A DNA stretch of 64,000 bases, from assembly GCF_964355755.1 (NCBI RefSeq), contig NC_092678.1, positions 4,294,422 to 4,358,421 of the forward strand, in the 5' to 3' direction. Positions within the stretch are counted from its first letter, which is position 1. Each line of letters starts with the position of its first letter. This document shows positions 34,456 to 47,100 of this stretch, piece by piece. The DNA is from Antedon mediterranea. Taxonomy: Eukaryota > Animalia > Echinodermata. The notes under the pieces are model-generated. The model ran no database searches, was not told the origin of the DNA, and saw only the letters and a program-made list of their open reading frames with translations. The translations under genes and the position numbers were made by a program.

Positions 34456-37400
34456 TTAACAGTTCGAGTTGTCAGTATCGCACGATGATGTCACTTGATT
34501 GAAGTATAAGCCAGAAATACACAAATGGAGAGTTGATACACCATCGTAGCATTGATAGAATTTCTCACAGTCGTCTGGATTTTCATAGAAACCATTTGCT
34601 TTACCGCTGCATGAGAATCCTGTTGAAACCTGAGCTGCCACTTGGACTCCTTTGCACTCCAGAAATGCTGCCTGGCTACAGTAAGAAGGGGGGTTGTTGA
34701 ACCCACAAATGTAAAAACGCCCACAAATGTGAAAACAACCACAAATGTGAAAACGCATCACCCACAAATGTGAAAACAACCACAAATGTGAAAACGCATC
34801 ACCCACAAATGTGAAAACAACCACAAATGTGAAAACGCATCAACCACAAATGTAATAAACAGCGCCCACAAATGTGAAAACGATCATCGCCCACAAATGT
34901 GATAACGCCCACAAATGTAAAAAAAAATGAGAATTTTTCGGCCACAAATGTAAAAAAAAAAAAATCAGATGAAATTTAATGCTAGACTCAAACAATTTTG
35001 ATCGAGGTACTACATTATATCATGATTGTATTGAGTTGTTTCAATAATTGTTTGTTCACGATACGTCTGTTAGGGTCGTGGTTAACACGTTGGATTATTA
35101 TAATTTTCTGCTCATGCGCGCGATATTTGCACGTTAACTCGTTTAATGAACGTAATAGTTCAAGACGATATTTGTTATTTGCTGCGCGCGTGCACGATAC
35201 TTCAAGGTCAAGGCCATGTTATATCATTGTTGCTTCTACTGGTTATTATAGTTATTAACTCGTTGGCTTACTGTTAAATGTACGTATAGTTCCAAGTCGA
35301 TGCTCGATTCGATGTTTTTTTTGCGCGCACACGATACAACAAGGTCAATGTTAAATTGCTACTTGTATGTAGTGTGTGGTTATTAACTCGTTGGCTTACT
35401 GTTATGACTTCTAATGCTCATACAATTAGTGTTATAGGCATCTCCAATCAAGTGTAAGCCTACTATTAGTAGATAACATTATTTAATCGCATTGCAACTC
35501 CTCCTTAAATATTTTGTTAGGTAATTCATGAAGCCAGTTTGTTCCTCATTAACAATACCGTTATACCTTGTACGTTGACTTATTTACTTATAATTATATT
35601 ATACATAAAAATTGTCGAATATACGTTTGATAGTAAATCAGTTAAATTGTAATGCATTCAATAGGTAATATTATTCTCCGTATATCTTTATAATTATCCG
35701 CTAAAAATAGATATACAAATTAAACAATAAGCATCAGATTAAACCACGAATGTAAATAGTAGTAGGCCTATAGTAGGAAGTTTTGTCCATTAGTATAATT
35801 GTTATAGATTTCATAGTATGTTTTATAGAATACATGTTCGTGACAAGTTTGATACTATCGTATCGTGTATTATGTTTGGTTGGATATTGGTGTTACGGTA
35901 TTATTCTATGTTACAATTTGTTTATCGCTCTAAAATAAAGAAATATTCTTTTATTAGTTGTTCTTGCTCTAGCTCTTGTATTATTATCTTGTGGTTATAG
36001 TTTTGTAAAAAAATTGAACATTAGGAACTACTGCAATAACTGAACGACGAGTATAGCATTGATCTTGTAGTATCGTGTACACCGAGCATCGACTTGGAGC
36101 TATAATACGTACATAATACTAATAAATATAGTAAGCCCAACTGCACTTCAAGCAGCAATGATATATGACCTTGTAGTATCGTGTACGCGCCCAAAAACAT
36201 CGAATCGAGCATCGACTTGGAACATACGTACATAACAGTAAGCCAACGAGTTAATAACCACACACTACATACAAGTAGCAATTTAACCTTGACCTTATTG
36301 TATCGTGTGCGCGCAAAAAAAAAATATCGAACATCGACTTATAACTATACGTACATAATAGTAAGCCAACAACCACACAGTAGAAGCAACAATGATATAA
36401 CATGGCCTTGACCTTGTAGTATCGTGCACGCGCGCAGCAAATAACAAATATCGTCTTGAACTATTACGTTCATTAAACAAACGAGTTAACGTGCAAATAT
36501 CGCGCGCACGAGCAGCAAATGATTATTATCCAACGTGTTAACGACGACCCTAACAGACGTATCGTGAACAAACAACTCAATACAATCATGATATAATGTT
36601 TGTCTGAATCTAGCATTAAATTTGATCTGATTTTTTTACATTTGTGGGCGAAAAAGTCTCTCTTGTTTTTACATTTGTGGGCGTTATCACATTTGTGGGC
36701 GATGATCGTTTTCACATTTGTGGGCGCTGTTTTCACATTTGTGGTTGATGCGTTTTCACATTTGTGGTTGTTTTCACATTTGTGGGTGATGCGTTTTCAC
36801 ATTTGTGGTTGTTTTCACATTTGTGGGTGATGCGTTTTCACATTTGTGGTTGTTTTCACATTTGTGGGCGTTTTCACATTTGTGGGTTCAACAGGGGTTG
36901 TTGGCATCAAAGGCGTAGTAGGACGAGCACCGGTGATGTCCGGGGACTCCTGAAGAACAGTTATAGTACCACTCACACATTCCAGTGAAGGGGTCGGGAT
37001 AGATACCATCATTTTTACCAGAGCAAAACGGGTCAGAGTTTGCCTGAGATGCTGAAATATACAACAGTGGATGATTAGATTTTACGGTGCCTGGTAGATC
37101 CAGAAATTTCACACATGGGGTAGGGGGGGGGGGCGGCTGGGTGACTGTAGGCATCACAAATAAAAACACTATACATTTTTATTAATAATTTATACTATAC
37201 TACTATTAAAATCAAAATTGTGAGGTATTTGATGAATAGGTGTTTATTTGATGATGAGAATAGTTTCTTGAAACATGTCACGGTATCTTAAGGCAGTTTG
37301 CCCGTTCATCAAATGCCTAACAATTTTGATTTTAACCCGAAGGTTTGGTGGTATCATACATGATTTATACTAAGTTACTTTAACATTCACAATTGAATGA

Positions 37401-37704
37401 AGTTAAACATTGATTTTAAAATCGATTATATATGCAGCATGTTGGAAAACAAGAATCTGATTGTATTAATTATGGTGAGGATGTGCTTCCACGAAGATCT
37501 TGAACTTAACTTTTTATTTGAAGAAAAGTGAATTCGTTAAGACCATCTTGCTATCTGTCTGTCGATGAATTACTCCAACAGTCTTCACATAAATCATGTC
37601 TTTAATAGCTAATTTAGTTATTATTTAATAAAAATTCAGTACTTACCAGCCGGCATTAGGCCAATGTTGATAACAATAACCAGTAGTGTAGTTGCAATAC
37701 CCAT
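34456..37704 (-). pseudogene. Secreted protein with two chitin-binding peritrophin-A (CBM14) domains, interrupted by a transposon (disrupted allele)
   Basis: Exon 1 37704-37647 (signal peptide MGIATTLLVIVINIGLMPA); exon 2 37051-36894 plus 34694-34456. Removing 34695-36893 and one TSD restores FCSGKNDGIYPDPFTGMCEWYYNC...YAFDANNPPSYC...FSCSGKANGFYENPDDCEKFYQC...CISGLYFNQVTSSCD with no other lesion. Confidence 0.85.
34695..36893. mobile_element. 2.2-kb foldback-type non-autonomous DNA transposon (TGTT...AACA, ~700-bp TIRs, 5-bp TSD GGGGT)
   Basis: Termini TGTTGAACCCACAAATGT / ACATTTGTGGGTTCAACA; arrays of CCACAAATGTGAAAAC in both arms; arms mirror each other to ~35405 / ~36190; GGGGT at 34690-34694 and 36894-36898. 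Confidence 0.93.
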
Positions 37705-37803
37705 ATACATCTTGGTTTGAATAAGTTAATAGTGATGAGAATGTACAGTTGTCTTCAACGATACAGGTTAGAGAAGTTTGATTATTAAATTTCGTTTCAA
37801 CTC

Positions 37804-37810
37804 TTTTATA
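37804..37810 (-). promoter_or_regulatory. TATA box of the chitin-binding gene
   Basis: GGTATAAAAGAG on the minus strand ~100 bp upstream of the ATG. Confidence 0.55.
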
Positions 37811-38666
37811 CCTTTCTTTCAGTTTGAACCTTGAAAATCGATAAAGTTACGGATTATTGATGAATCTTTACAGATCCTGGTTTGATGAAATTTCGGATAT
37901 TGTACTTAACAGTATAAGAAGACACAAGGTTAAAATCAATCTTATGTAACTCTCATAATAATATATGTTTCAGCGATGGATAACCTTCATTTGTATCCGT
38001 GCCAATAGTTGTAGGCCTACTTCATAAAACAACATAGAAATGTACCTGGTCCTTGTGTGAGCTTTCATCACCAGTAAGCATGTACAGACGTCATGGGGAA
38101 AATGGCAAAAGGCTTCCTACTTTATAGGAGTTTTATTAGATAATCTATATTGTTTTGAATACGGTACTCTTGTAACATGAACACAGTTCTGATTTTGCCA
38201 TTTCCTCTAACTTTGTATGTCTACCTTGCACACCTTTTAGCATTATCCCAGGCAACGTTTCCTGTTTACAATGTTGGATATATGCCACTCACCTATAATG
38301 TTTAGGAAACCAGCCAAATACCCCGTTGATGACTCCATAAAGATTTAAACTTATCCCATAACTCCAGGATACGGTAATCTATTGAAATATTAATTCAACC
38401 TTTTCAAGGAGTTTTTGTTTTAACTAATATTTAAAATCTTCTCTAATCTGTGTTTTGAGGTAGGTCCCATCAGTATAGCCTGAAATAAAATATGAATGCA
38501 TTACTAATACTTATTTTCATTTCTTAGTACATTATCACGTGTCACCGTTCAGTACGTTTATTATTTATCTTTACAATTATAACAATTGAATTATAATTAA
38601 TATACCGGTATTTATCTCATGATTGAAATTCAAAGTTAGAATAATAATTTTTAATTTTAGTTAATT

Positions 38667-40081
38667 TACCTCCGCCAAGGAGGTATATGCAATCGGTAGC
38701 GTGTATTTGTTTGTTTGTTAGTTGGATTACTCAAAACGTAATTACTTTACCAAAATGAATATACAGATAGATATGTGGTCAAGGACCATTCCACTAAATT
38801 TTGGGACCATTTTGGACTATGGTCCCAATTCTGGACCACTTTTTAGTATACTTTTCAGACCTGCTAGTGTTAAAAGATAGGACAGAATGTTTCAAAAGCC
38901 GGCGAGCAGTCTTAAAGTGAAACTGAAATTGCATTTTCTCGAGAACTACTTGTCAAAAAAACTTAATTTTTGTACAAGAGGCAAGAGTTATAATTTGTGA
39001 TTTCTAATTTTAAAACATAACTTGTTTAAATGTGCACGTTTTTTTACGCGAGTAGTTTAAAAACATATTTCTTTTCAAATTCACAGTTTGTGTTTGGTGC
39101 AACACATACCCCACAAACCTTAATAAATTGCATACCCTCCAATAGAAGGCTATCAGAATTATATCTGGCGCGCCTCCGCTTTCCCATTCCTCTCATTTAT
39201 TTTCAAATCTTAATCTCATCAAACTTAATGATGATATCAATTTAATTCAACAAACCATTTTTGTCTACTCTGCCTTAAACAACATCCTTCCTTACCATCT
39301 TTATTATCTTTTTACTTCCAATTCCTTCTTTCATTCCCATCACACACGTACTAAAAATAAATTATCTATACCTTCCCATAGAACAAATTCTTTCCAACAT
39401 AACATTCGCTACTCTGGACCCACCCAATGGAACAACCTACCACCCTCCATTTTAAAATCTGCTTCCCCTAAGATACTTATCTCAAAATTTAAATAATACA
39501 CCTTTTCTACTTATTAAATGTTTATTAATCGGTCATGTCTCGATCTGCAGTACCAACAGATTTATTTTTTTTCTGTTATTCATATTTTAGATTATGAAAT
39601 TTATTATTATTTTTATTCAATGCATTTCTTTTCTCTTTTATTTGTTTCAAGGCTCGCCCATCACAAGATGTTTACCAACATCTTCCCGGGCCCTTTGCCT
39701 TCATTTTCTGAAACATATTTTTATAATTCTGTACAATCCTGTTTCTTGTTTTCCTATGTATTCAGATTATGTAAATAAATGTCTATTGAATCATAGAGAT
39801 AATAATAATAATAATATCTCTATGATTGAATGAATGAATGAATGAATGAATGATTTTCGCGTTGCTGTTCTATTGTTAGTCAACTGAAGCTATTGTTAAT
39901 TGAAAGGCTTGTTACATAACCATTACACCAAACTCGCATACACAATGCTTGTAGTGAAATTAGCCTAAATCACAAACAGCATTAAGACACACACAGATAT
40001 ATATATATATATAGGCCTATATCTCTTTTTTTTTTTACCGGAGAAATTTTATGTAGGAGAATTTTACAGTAGGCGGAGGTA
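38667..40081 (+). mobile_element. Helentron/DINE-like non-autonomous element carrying a nested LINE fragment
   Basis: 5' TACCTCCGCC-AAGGAGGTA hairpin followed by (TTTG)n; matching inverted subterminal GGCGGAGGTA at 40072-40081. Confidence 0.55.
39090..39852 (+). mobile_element. 5'-truncated L2/CR1-clade LINE
   Basis: Translates KLHTLQ*KAIRIISGAPPLSHSSHLFSNLNLIKL...HHTRTKNKLSIPSHRTNSFQHNIRYSGPTQWNNLPPSILKS, typical ORF2 C-terminus; 3'UTR stem-loop and (AAT)n/(TGAA)n tail. Confidence 0.8.
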
Positions 40082-40213
40082 TTTATTTTGTTTTACTGAT
40101 TTCGCGTCAACAACCCAGTAAGTTTCATTGAAGTAAAACATAAATAGGCCTACCGGAAAACCTCGAAAAGAAGTCCATTTCGAAAGGACCCCGCTTCTTA
40201 ATTTAATGACTAA

Positions 40214-40330
40214 CACTGAAGATTAGTGCTACCAAAAAACAATTATTTTACTTTCTCGTTTTGATTTAGGCCTAGATTTAATTATTTGTATCTCCATTGA
40301 GATCTAGCCACTGATATCTACTGCATTATT
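40214..40330 (+). mobile_element. Degenerate third copy of the hammerhead-bearing repeat
   Basis: CTCGTTTTGATTTAG...TGTATCTCCATTGAGATCTAGCCACTGATA shared with 15294-15461; ribozyme core decayed. Confidence 0.65.
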
Positions 40331-41092
40331 TGTTTTTGATTTAGTTTATTTCTTAAGAAATAAATTTATACTTTATGATGAGTTCGTGTTATACATTTCT
40401 TTTGTGATTTCCGATATTATACACAATAGTTTACTGTACTTATGTTACATTGATTTATACCTATTGAAAATACATTTTGCCTATATTTAATTTGTGCTGT
40501 TGTTGTAGTAGTAGCCGTGTTCGTGCAAACAATCAGATAACAATAATAATAATCATAGCAGGATGGAACCAATGCTCAATAATGACAGTTAAAAATCTTT
40601 TCCGATAAGTTCCTAGTAATATGCGCTTTATCCGATTATTGTTCTTTGTGTTCATAAGAAGATAGTAAACGATAAAGGAAATGATTAACTCAAACTCGAT
40701 GGGAGTGCAAATCGATTGAATCAATAGCTCCAAAAACTGTGATGTATTTAATATGCAAAACTATACTTATTTTCTTTCATCAACATTTAGACGAAAAGCA
40801 CATTTAAAACATTAACATAAGATTAATATTAAAGTATAATTAAATTTCCGATCGTAGCAAACTTAGGCAACTCATAAAAATTAATAACGAGGTAACAAGA
40901 TGTATTAATCACTGGACTAATTTATAGAAATAAATAAATAAATAAGGATGTACCTAGATAGTTTATTTATACAAAACCTGACAATACGAGTTTCAAACCT
41001 CATTTAGATTTCACTAGAAATAGTCATTTAAAACATTTTAACCACTGTTCACATTGTGCGCTTTAAGTTTGTTTTCTTTTGAAGCATACTCG

Positions 41093-42677
41093 ATGATCAT
41101 GTTTTATCTCATCTGTTTGTTGTTTTTCACGTCTCAACTGAATATTATTGAAGGAGCGAATAATGGTAAGAATTAACTTTTGTTTGTTTCTTCCGAATTG
41201 TTCTGAAGTTCCGATTATCGCCCAATCTACCACATATACAATGTACAGTGAATACACCGTGTTAATTCGAATACATTTTCTTACAACAGAATGTACATAT
41301 TTCCAGTACAACTCATCAATGTACAGGGTAAATAGTTTAACCAACACGTCAACAGAGACATGGCAGGATCTCAAAGACATCTGCAAGGCATCTGGTGGTT
41401 ATCTCATGTGCATTACCACGTCTGGGGAGTTGCAGTTTGTTCTGGATCGTCTTAATATGAGTTGTAGCGGCCATAGGTTCGGAATTGGACTATCACGTCA
41501 ACCTGATTTGGAAATTAACGTTGATGCTAACTGGAAATGTGAGGGAGATGGTACTACACTGGACACCAAGCTGACACCATGGGCAGATAATGATGACAAA
41601 GTACCTATTGGCACTTTTGCTGGGACGAGAATCATGACGAATGCGGAAAATCTGAGAGATATAAACACCCGGATTGAATTTGCTAAACGGAACGATGGAT
41701 ACATTTGTGAATATGGTATGTTGATATTTTCTTGATGCTTCATTATTTTAGTTATCTTTTAAGGATATTTCAAGATTGTTTTGCCGATAAGTATAGGCCT
41801 AGTTCGTTTTTAGTGATATTTTATTAAAGAAAATACGCAATACGTGATAATGGTCTTGTAGCTGACCAAACATAGTCGACAGTACAGTGTCGACAAAACG
41901 ACAATTACAATCCTGTTGGTGCAGTACCCGCTGCTTACTTGGGCTTGAATCTAACCACTAGCCATCAGCGCAAAGCTCGGTGGTCTAGAGATATGAACGC
42001 CAGGCTAGTGATCTGGAGGTCATGGGTTCGAGTCCCACCGGAGAACTACTTTTTCTCAAATGTACTTTAGTATAAAGTACAAATTACGTCAGAGTAGGGC
42101 AAAACATCTAATTAGAAACATTTTATTTTTTTTTAAATCCGCGGAGATTCGAACCAGCTAGTAGGCCTAGAGCTGCGAGAATCATTGTCTCGATGCTTCA
42201 TTTAAGTTCTTTTTAGTGATAAGGGCCTATTAACAAAGAAAATACTCAATTTGTGATAATGTTGGATCTGACCAATTCAAACATAGTCGACACACTGTCG
42301 ACTTAAGGTATATAACAAATTCAAGAAATAAGTGCATTAGATTTGGATATTAAACAAGTCCATGTTGCGTAATTGTTGGTGTAGTGGTGGATAAGACTAC
42401 TACTGATAGAGATGGCCATTTGCCGCATGATTCTTTATTTTAATTCATATTTATAATAGGCCTACCTATTGTTTTTTTAGATACAGTCCTTTTTCAAACT
42501 GTGACGTTGTCTGGTGGTGTGAATGATTGGAAGATGTCTCCTATACGATGTGCCCAGCAGTGCCGAAGGAGGTATGATTGTCAGGGATTTCACGTGGATG
42601 CTGCAGGTTGTCAGCTCAGATATAAACCGAACAATGATGAAACAAATCATTATAACAAAATTATCTATCACCTGTAA
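41093..42677 (+). CDS. Secreted atypical C-type lectin domain plus C-terminal PAN/Apple-like domain protein, 3 exons
   Basis: Exons 41093-41165 (signal peptide MIMFYLICLLFFTSQLNIIEGA), 41290-41715 (YNSSMY..TWQDLKDICKASGGYLMCITTSGELQFV..FGIGL..W..DGT..W..YICEY) and 42481-42677 (SPIRCAQQCRRRYDCQGFHVDAAGCQL); both introns phase 1. Confidence 0.78.
41972..42060 (+). mobile_element. tRNA-derived SINE head / tRNA pseudogene in the lectin intron
   Basis: A-box-like TGGTCTAGAGA, anticodon arm CCAGG-CTAGTGA-TCTGG, T arm ATGGG-TTCGAGT-CCCAC; acceptor and D stems are poor. Confidence 0.6.
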
Positions 42678-44106
42678 ACATTTGTATTTTAAATATACTG
42701 GTATTTAACCAGAACAAGTGTATACACTAGGCCTATTGTAAGACGGGTAATTATGTCTATCTAAACAAGAAATATTTCTCGCTTATTGAAAAATATTTTT
42801 TATTTCAAATGTTTTCAAATGTATCATTTTATTGTCACATAGGCCTAATAGTTATTTTACCTGAAAAAATGTAGGAAATTTAAAGCAACAAATACTTAAA
42901 TTGTCTGTCAGACAATGGTTTTTGGGGTTTCTTTTCTATTTTTATTATGTGAATAAATATTATTTTTTTGTTACAGAAGTGAATACTCAACTTTCTGTTA
43001 ATTTTATTGCTAAGGTACGTCAAGTCTGGGGGTCACTTCATCACCCTAGATATTTCAAGTGTGAAGTATCCTATTACAAACACAAACTTTAATGGACTTT
43101 CGATAAAAATTCAATGAATAGGCTATCTGACAGTGAATTACAGTCAAAAGTCAGTATTACAGTCAAATGGGAGTCATAAATACCAGAAATGCTTTGTTGG
43201 GATTTGTAATTTTAGCATGACATGTCCTAATCCTCTTTTCCCAGACGTTTTGGGTCTAGCAGCTGGAAATCTATAAATTATAGTGGAGTTTCCATTTTCG
43301 CAAAGTCGTCCTTAGAACTATAACTGCTGCTTGCTTTAGCTTCTGATTGAGTAGTCCTAATGGGACGTAGCGGGATAGAGCAGAAGCGTAAAAAAAAATC
43401 TAGAATTCCGAACAAAATATCACGAATGGGGTGGGGGGGGGGGGGGGGGGAGAGAATAATGGAGGATATGAACCTGTGATTGGTGGGATATGGCGGATAT
43501 GGGGTTAAGGTTCATTCTTATTACAAATCATCACCGCGACACGAGGCTAGGCTGTGTTGACAAAGCACGTTAAAAAATCAACTTATAGTATGCGCCGTCT
43601 ATAATTGTTCTGCTGCGCGTAGAAAAAATTAGGCCCCTTGTTATAAAATAAAAAAGTAGGTGTGCTATAAAACAAATAATGCATGTTTTATATTCATGTA
43701 ATTGATCAAATAATTTAGTTCGATAAAAGATAAACTGTTCTATTTTCACCTCATTACATTATTTGTACCATTGTATTCATAAACAATCTGTTTTTGTATA
43801 TTTATTAATATCGCAAAATATGAATATGTGAACAGATTTAATAAATACTCATATAGCGCCCTCACCCTTAGTAATGAGGTTGTTGTTGACGATACGTCTC
43901 CGAGTCCGAATTGTTGTGTTTTTGTGAGCTCTCTGATCGTCGCGCTGCAGGTCTAGGCCTAGACTAGTAGGCCTCTTTAGTATAGTACATTTCAATTCAT
44001 TTTAGGGCTACATTACGTATGACAACAAAGCACAGCTTATGTCAAAATGAATATTAAGCACAATGTTGAAAAATGCTGCCTAGAACTGTCATAGAGAGAT
44101 GATTGC

Positions 44107-47100
44107 ATGGCGCGAAATGGGCTAGCCTCTGTGTCGAAACGCAACCTGAAGCTTGAGAATTTCCTGAAGGTGAACTTAGCCCAGGATGTCTTTGACCGCG
44201 TACAGGCCTACGAAGCCTGTATTGTAAACTCCGCAAAAGAAAAAAAGGCTTTTAAATTTAAATATGCAGTTCTTGGGGATGAACGCCTGTATATTACAGA
44301 AAATCCACCAAAAGTTATTAAAGAAGAAGAAAGCTTACACCTTCAAGATGTAATTGCCATAACATTGGTAAGAAAGTAAATTGTTTGTTTTTGTTTGTTT
44401 GTACAGTAACTGTACTGCTGTAGTCTGTAGGCCTAGTTGATGTGTGAACAACAATATTATGCCTAATAATAAAATGTGGTTTGTAGTTTGGATATGTTAG
44501 GCCTAGTTAGTTAGTAGGCGTTTTTGCTATCTAATCTAAAGTTGATTGCAAGTTGAAGAATTTATTTTTGAAAAATTACTAAATAAATTAAGCACTCAAT
44601 TAACAATCGCTATATTATTTCTTTTTTGATAATAATGTTTCTCTTATTGGTATTAATAAATTAAATAAAATAATATGTATAATATATAAATCCAAAGGCA
44701 AATTACTGAAAAAAATGACAATTCTGTGGGTATCAGGGGCTGGATCTCAATGGAGATACAAAAAAAAAAGCGAAAAGCTAAATCAAAACGATAAAGTAAA
44801 CAGCCAGAAAAGTTAGCAGAGCTTTCGGGCAACACTAGCCCTTCATCAGTGCAATATATATATATATATATATATAAATCAAAATAAAAAACCTGTTTGG
44901 AAAAACAGTGACATTTTGCACCTCCCCACAGCAAATTCAAAACTACAGTAAAGTATCAACTGAATTTTGTCTAAAGCTATTAATTGTTTTGATGAATGTT
45001 GGTTAGCTTTTCACTATATTGCTTCTCAGGGTCAACAAGTTTAACCTCCAATGTGAACAATTGATGATTCTTGTTGCTATTGATATTTTTATGATGTAGT
45101 TGGCCTTTAATTAATTGATTTTCTCCTAGTAGTATGCTACCGCGCCTAAAAATTTATAGTATTTTTGTTTTACAATAATCACCATGGTAGTGCCAGTAGA
45201 CTGAATGAATGCCTTTATGTAACTGTCACTAAATATAATTACAAGGTTAAGTATAGTCTTTTGATTAGCTCCATAGATGCGTATAAAACAACCTTTCTAG
45301 AGTTTTGTCAATGGGATTAAAATTTGATACGTTTCAGTGCAAACTAATACAGATGTTGTCAATTTGTAATACAGTAGATTACAACACACATTGTTACAAG
45401 TTAATAAATTAAAGTAACTACTAGTGTAAAAAAATAGCAGGTTGTTGTTGGTCTCTATGGTGATAGCAAACGAGATTAGTAACTATTTCTGCCATTCAAA
45501 TCATTCTTTTTAGTAGTTTGCTATAAAGCTTGGTTCCCACTAGAGACGCAACGCAAGGACGTAGACGCAAGAGAGTTAACCAATGACAAGCGACAGTTCG
45601 AATAATCCATCGCTTGTGATTGGTCAAATCACTTAGGTTGCGTTACGTCCTTGTCTTGTGTCTCAAGTGGGAACCAAGCATAATGGCTCAAAGTGGGTGT
45701 GTTTGCTATTTGATACTACATTTACTCAGTTATTATTAATAATATACTAGAAATTGCAAAATATAATTATAATAACTGGAGTTCTCACTAGAAGTTAAAG
45801 CTTGTCTCTTAAAGATCCCAATTACGGACTCAACAGTATAGCAAAAGTATGAATAAAATTTACAATCTAAAAAAAAGTGCAAGATACTCATTTATTTAAA
45901 ATATTTGAGCTAAAGCACTGTGGAGCAAACTATAGTTTGCACTTTTATTCAATTGGTACACAATCTTTCACTTTTTAAAAATATTTAGGTAAATGATTTT
46001 CCAGACTTCTTGAGCGGTGAGGAGCGTGAAAATGCCCAGCACATTTTGATAAAACATTTGCAGGAAAAGTCTATTCCTAAGACACGAAAGAAAAATGTAA
46101 AGAAAGACTCAAACCAGGAAAAGCAAAACGGTAGAAACACACCAGAACTTTGCGTTTCCGATCCTTCTGGGAAAAAATTCCACAGAGATGAATCGGATGT
46201 TGAAGAAGAAGAGAAGAATGGTAGTGGCTTACATCTTAACAGAAGTTTTGATGAATCCGCCCTCTACATGTTAAAACTGGAGGATGAAGTTTCATCCGAA
46301 GGGGAAGATCAATTATCAGTATCACTACCAACCTCCTCATTTAAGACACTCTCAAGTGACCAAAAGTCTGGAAAAGATGAATCAACTTTAAAGTCATCAA
46401 AGCTAACTAAATCATTGGTAGAAAGTGTTGGAACATGTCGTCCTTTACCTCAAAGACCTTTACATAACAAAGACTCAGCCCCACGTCTAGATGTTTCCAG
46501 CACATTTTCAACAGACATTGCTTCAACTTTGGTTAATAGAGACAAAAATTCCAATAAAAAATTACAAATGCGCAACCTTCCCTCACCAGACAGTCCTAAC
46601 AACAAGAAAAAATCAATGCCTTTCAAATTCAATTTGGATGCATCACAATCTAAAGAAACTCTAACAAAGAAAAATTGTGATGGTAATACTAAAAGCCGAC
46701 AGAAAAAAGTGGTACCAAAACAGAGAAGCTTAGATATTGAGATAAGCACTAATGATTCATCTGTGACAACAGAAGAGTTGGAAGATACGACGTTTGTGAA
46801 AGAAGAAGTTGAGACACATCTCTACATTTTGTCACCGTCTTCTACATTTCTCATGCAGTTTCAAAGTACATGGAACAATTACATTATTGTAAGTTTTTTT
46901 TTCTTATTTTTTGGTGTTCAACACGTGACCATAATATTCTAGTATAAGTCAGTCATTCATCATACATAAAATTACAAATACGGTACTTTTTATTTTCAAG
47001 CTAAAAGTATCAAATTCTCAAAATACAGTAAAGTCCTTGATAACCAGAGTAAAGCATTATTTAATTAAATTGTTTAATATATTACAGTTTACGCTATAAT

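Noticed and set aside
34695-36893. ORFs MVVFTFVG / FHICG repeats, and an introner interpretation
   Set aside because: ORFs come from TIR subrepeats; element ends lack GT-AG positions that would restore the frame.
41972-42045. Functional tRNA gene
   Set aside because: Acceptor and D stems do not pair well; better explained as a SINE head or pseudogene.
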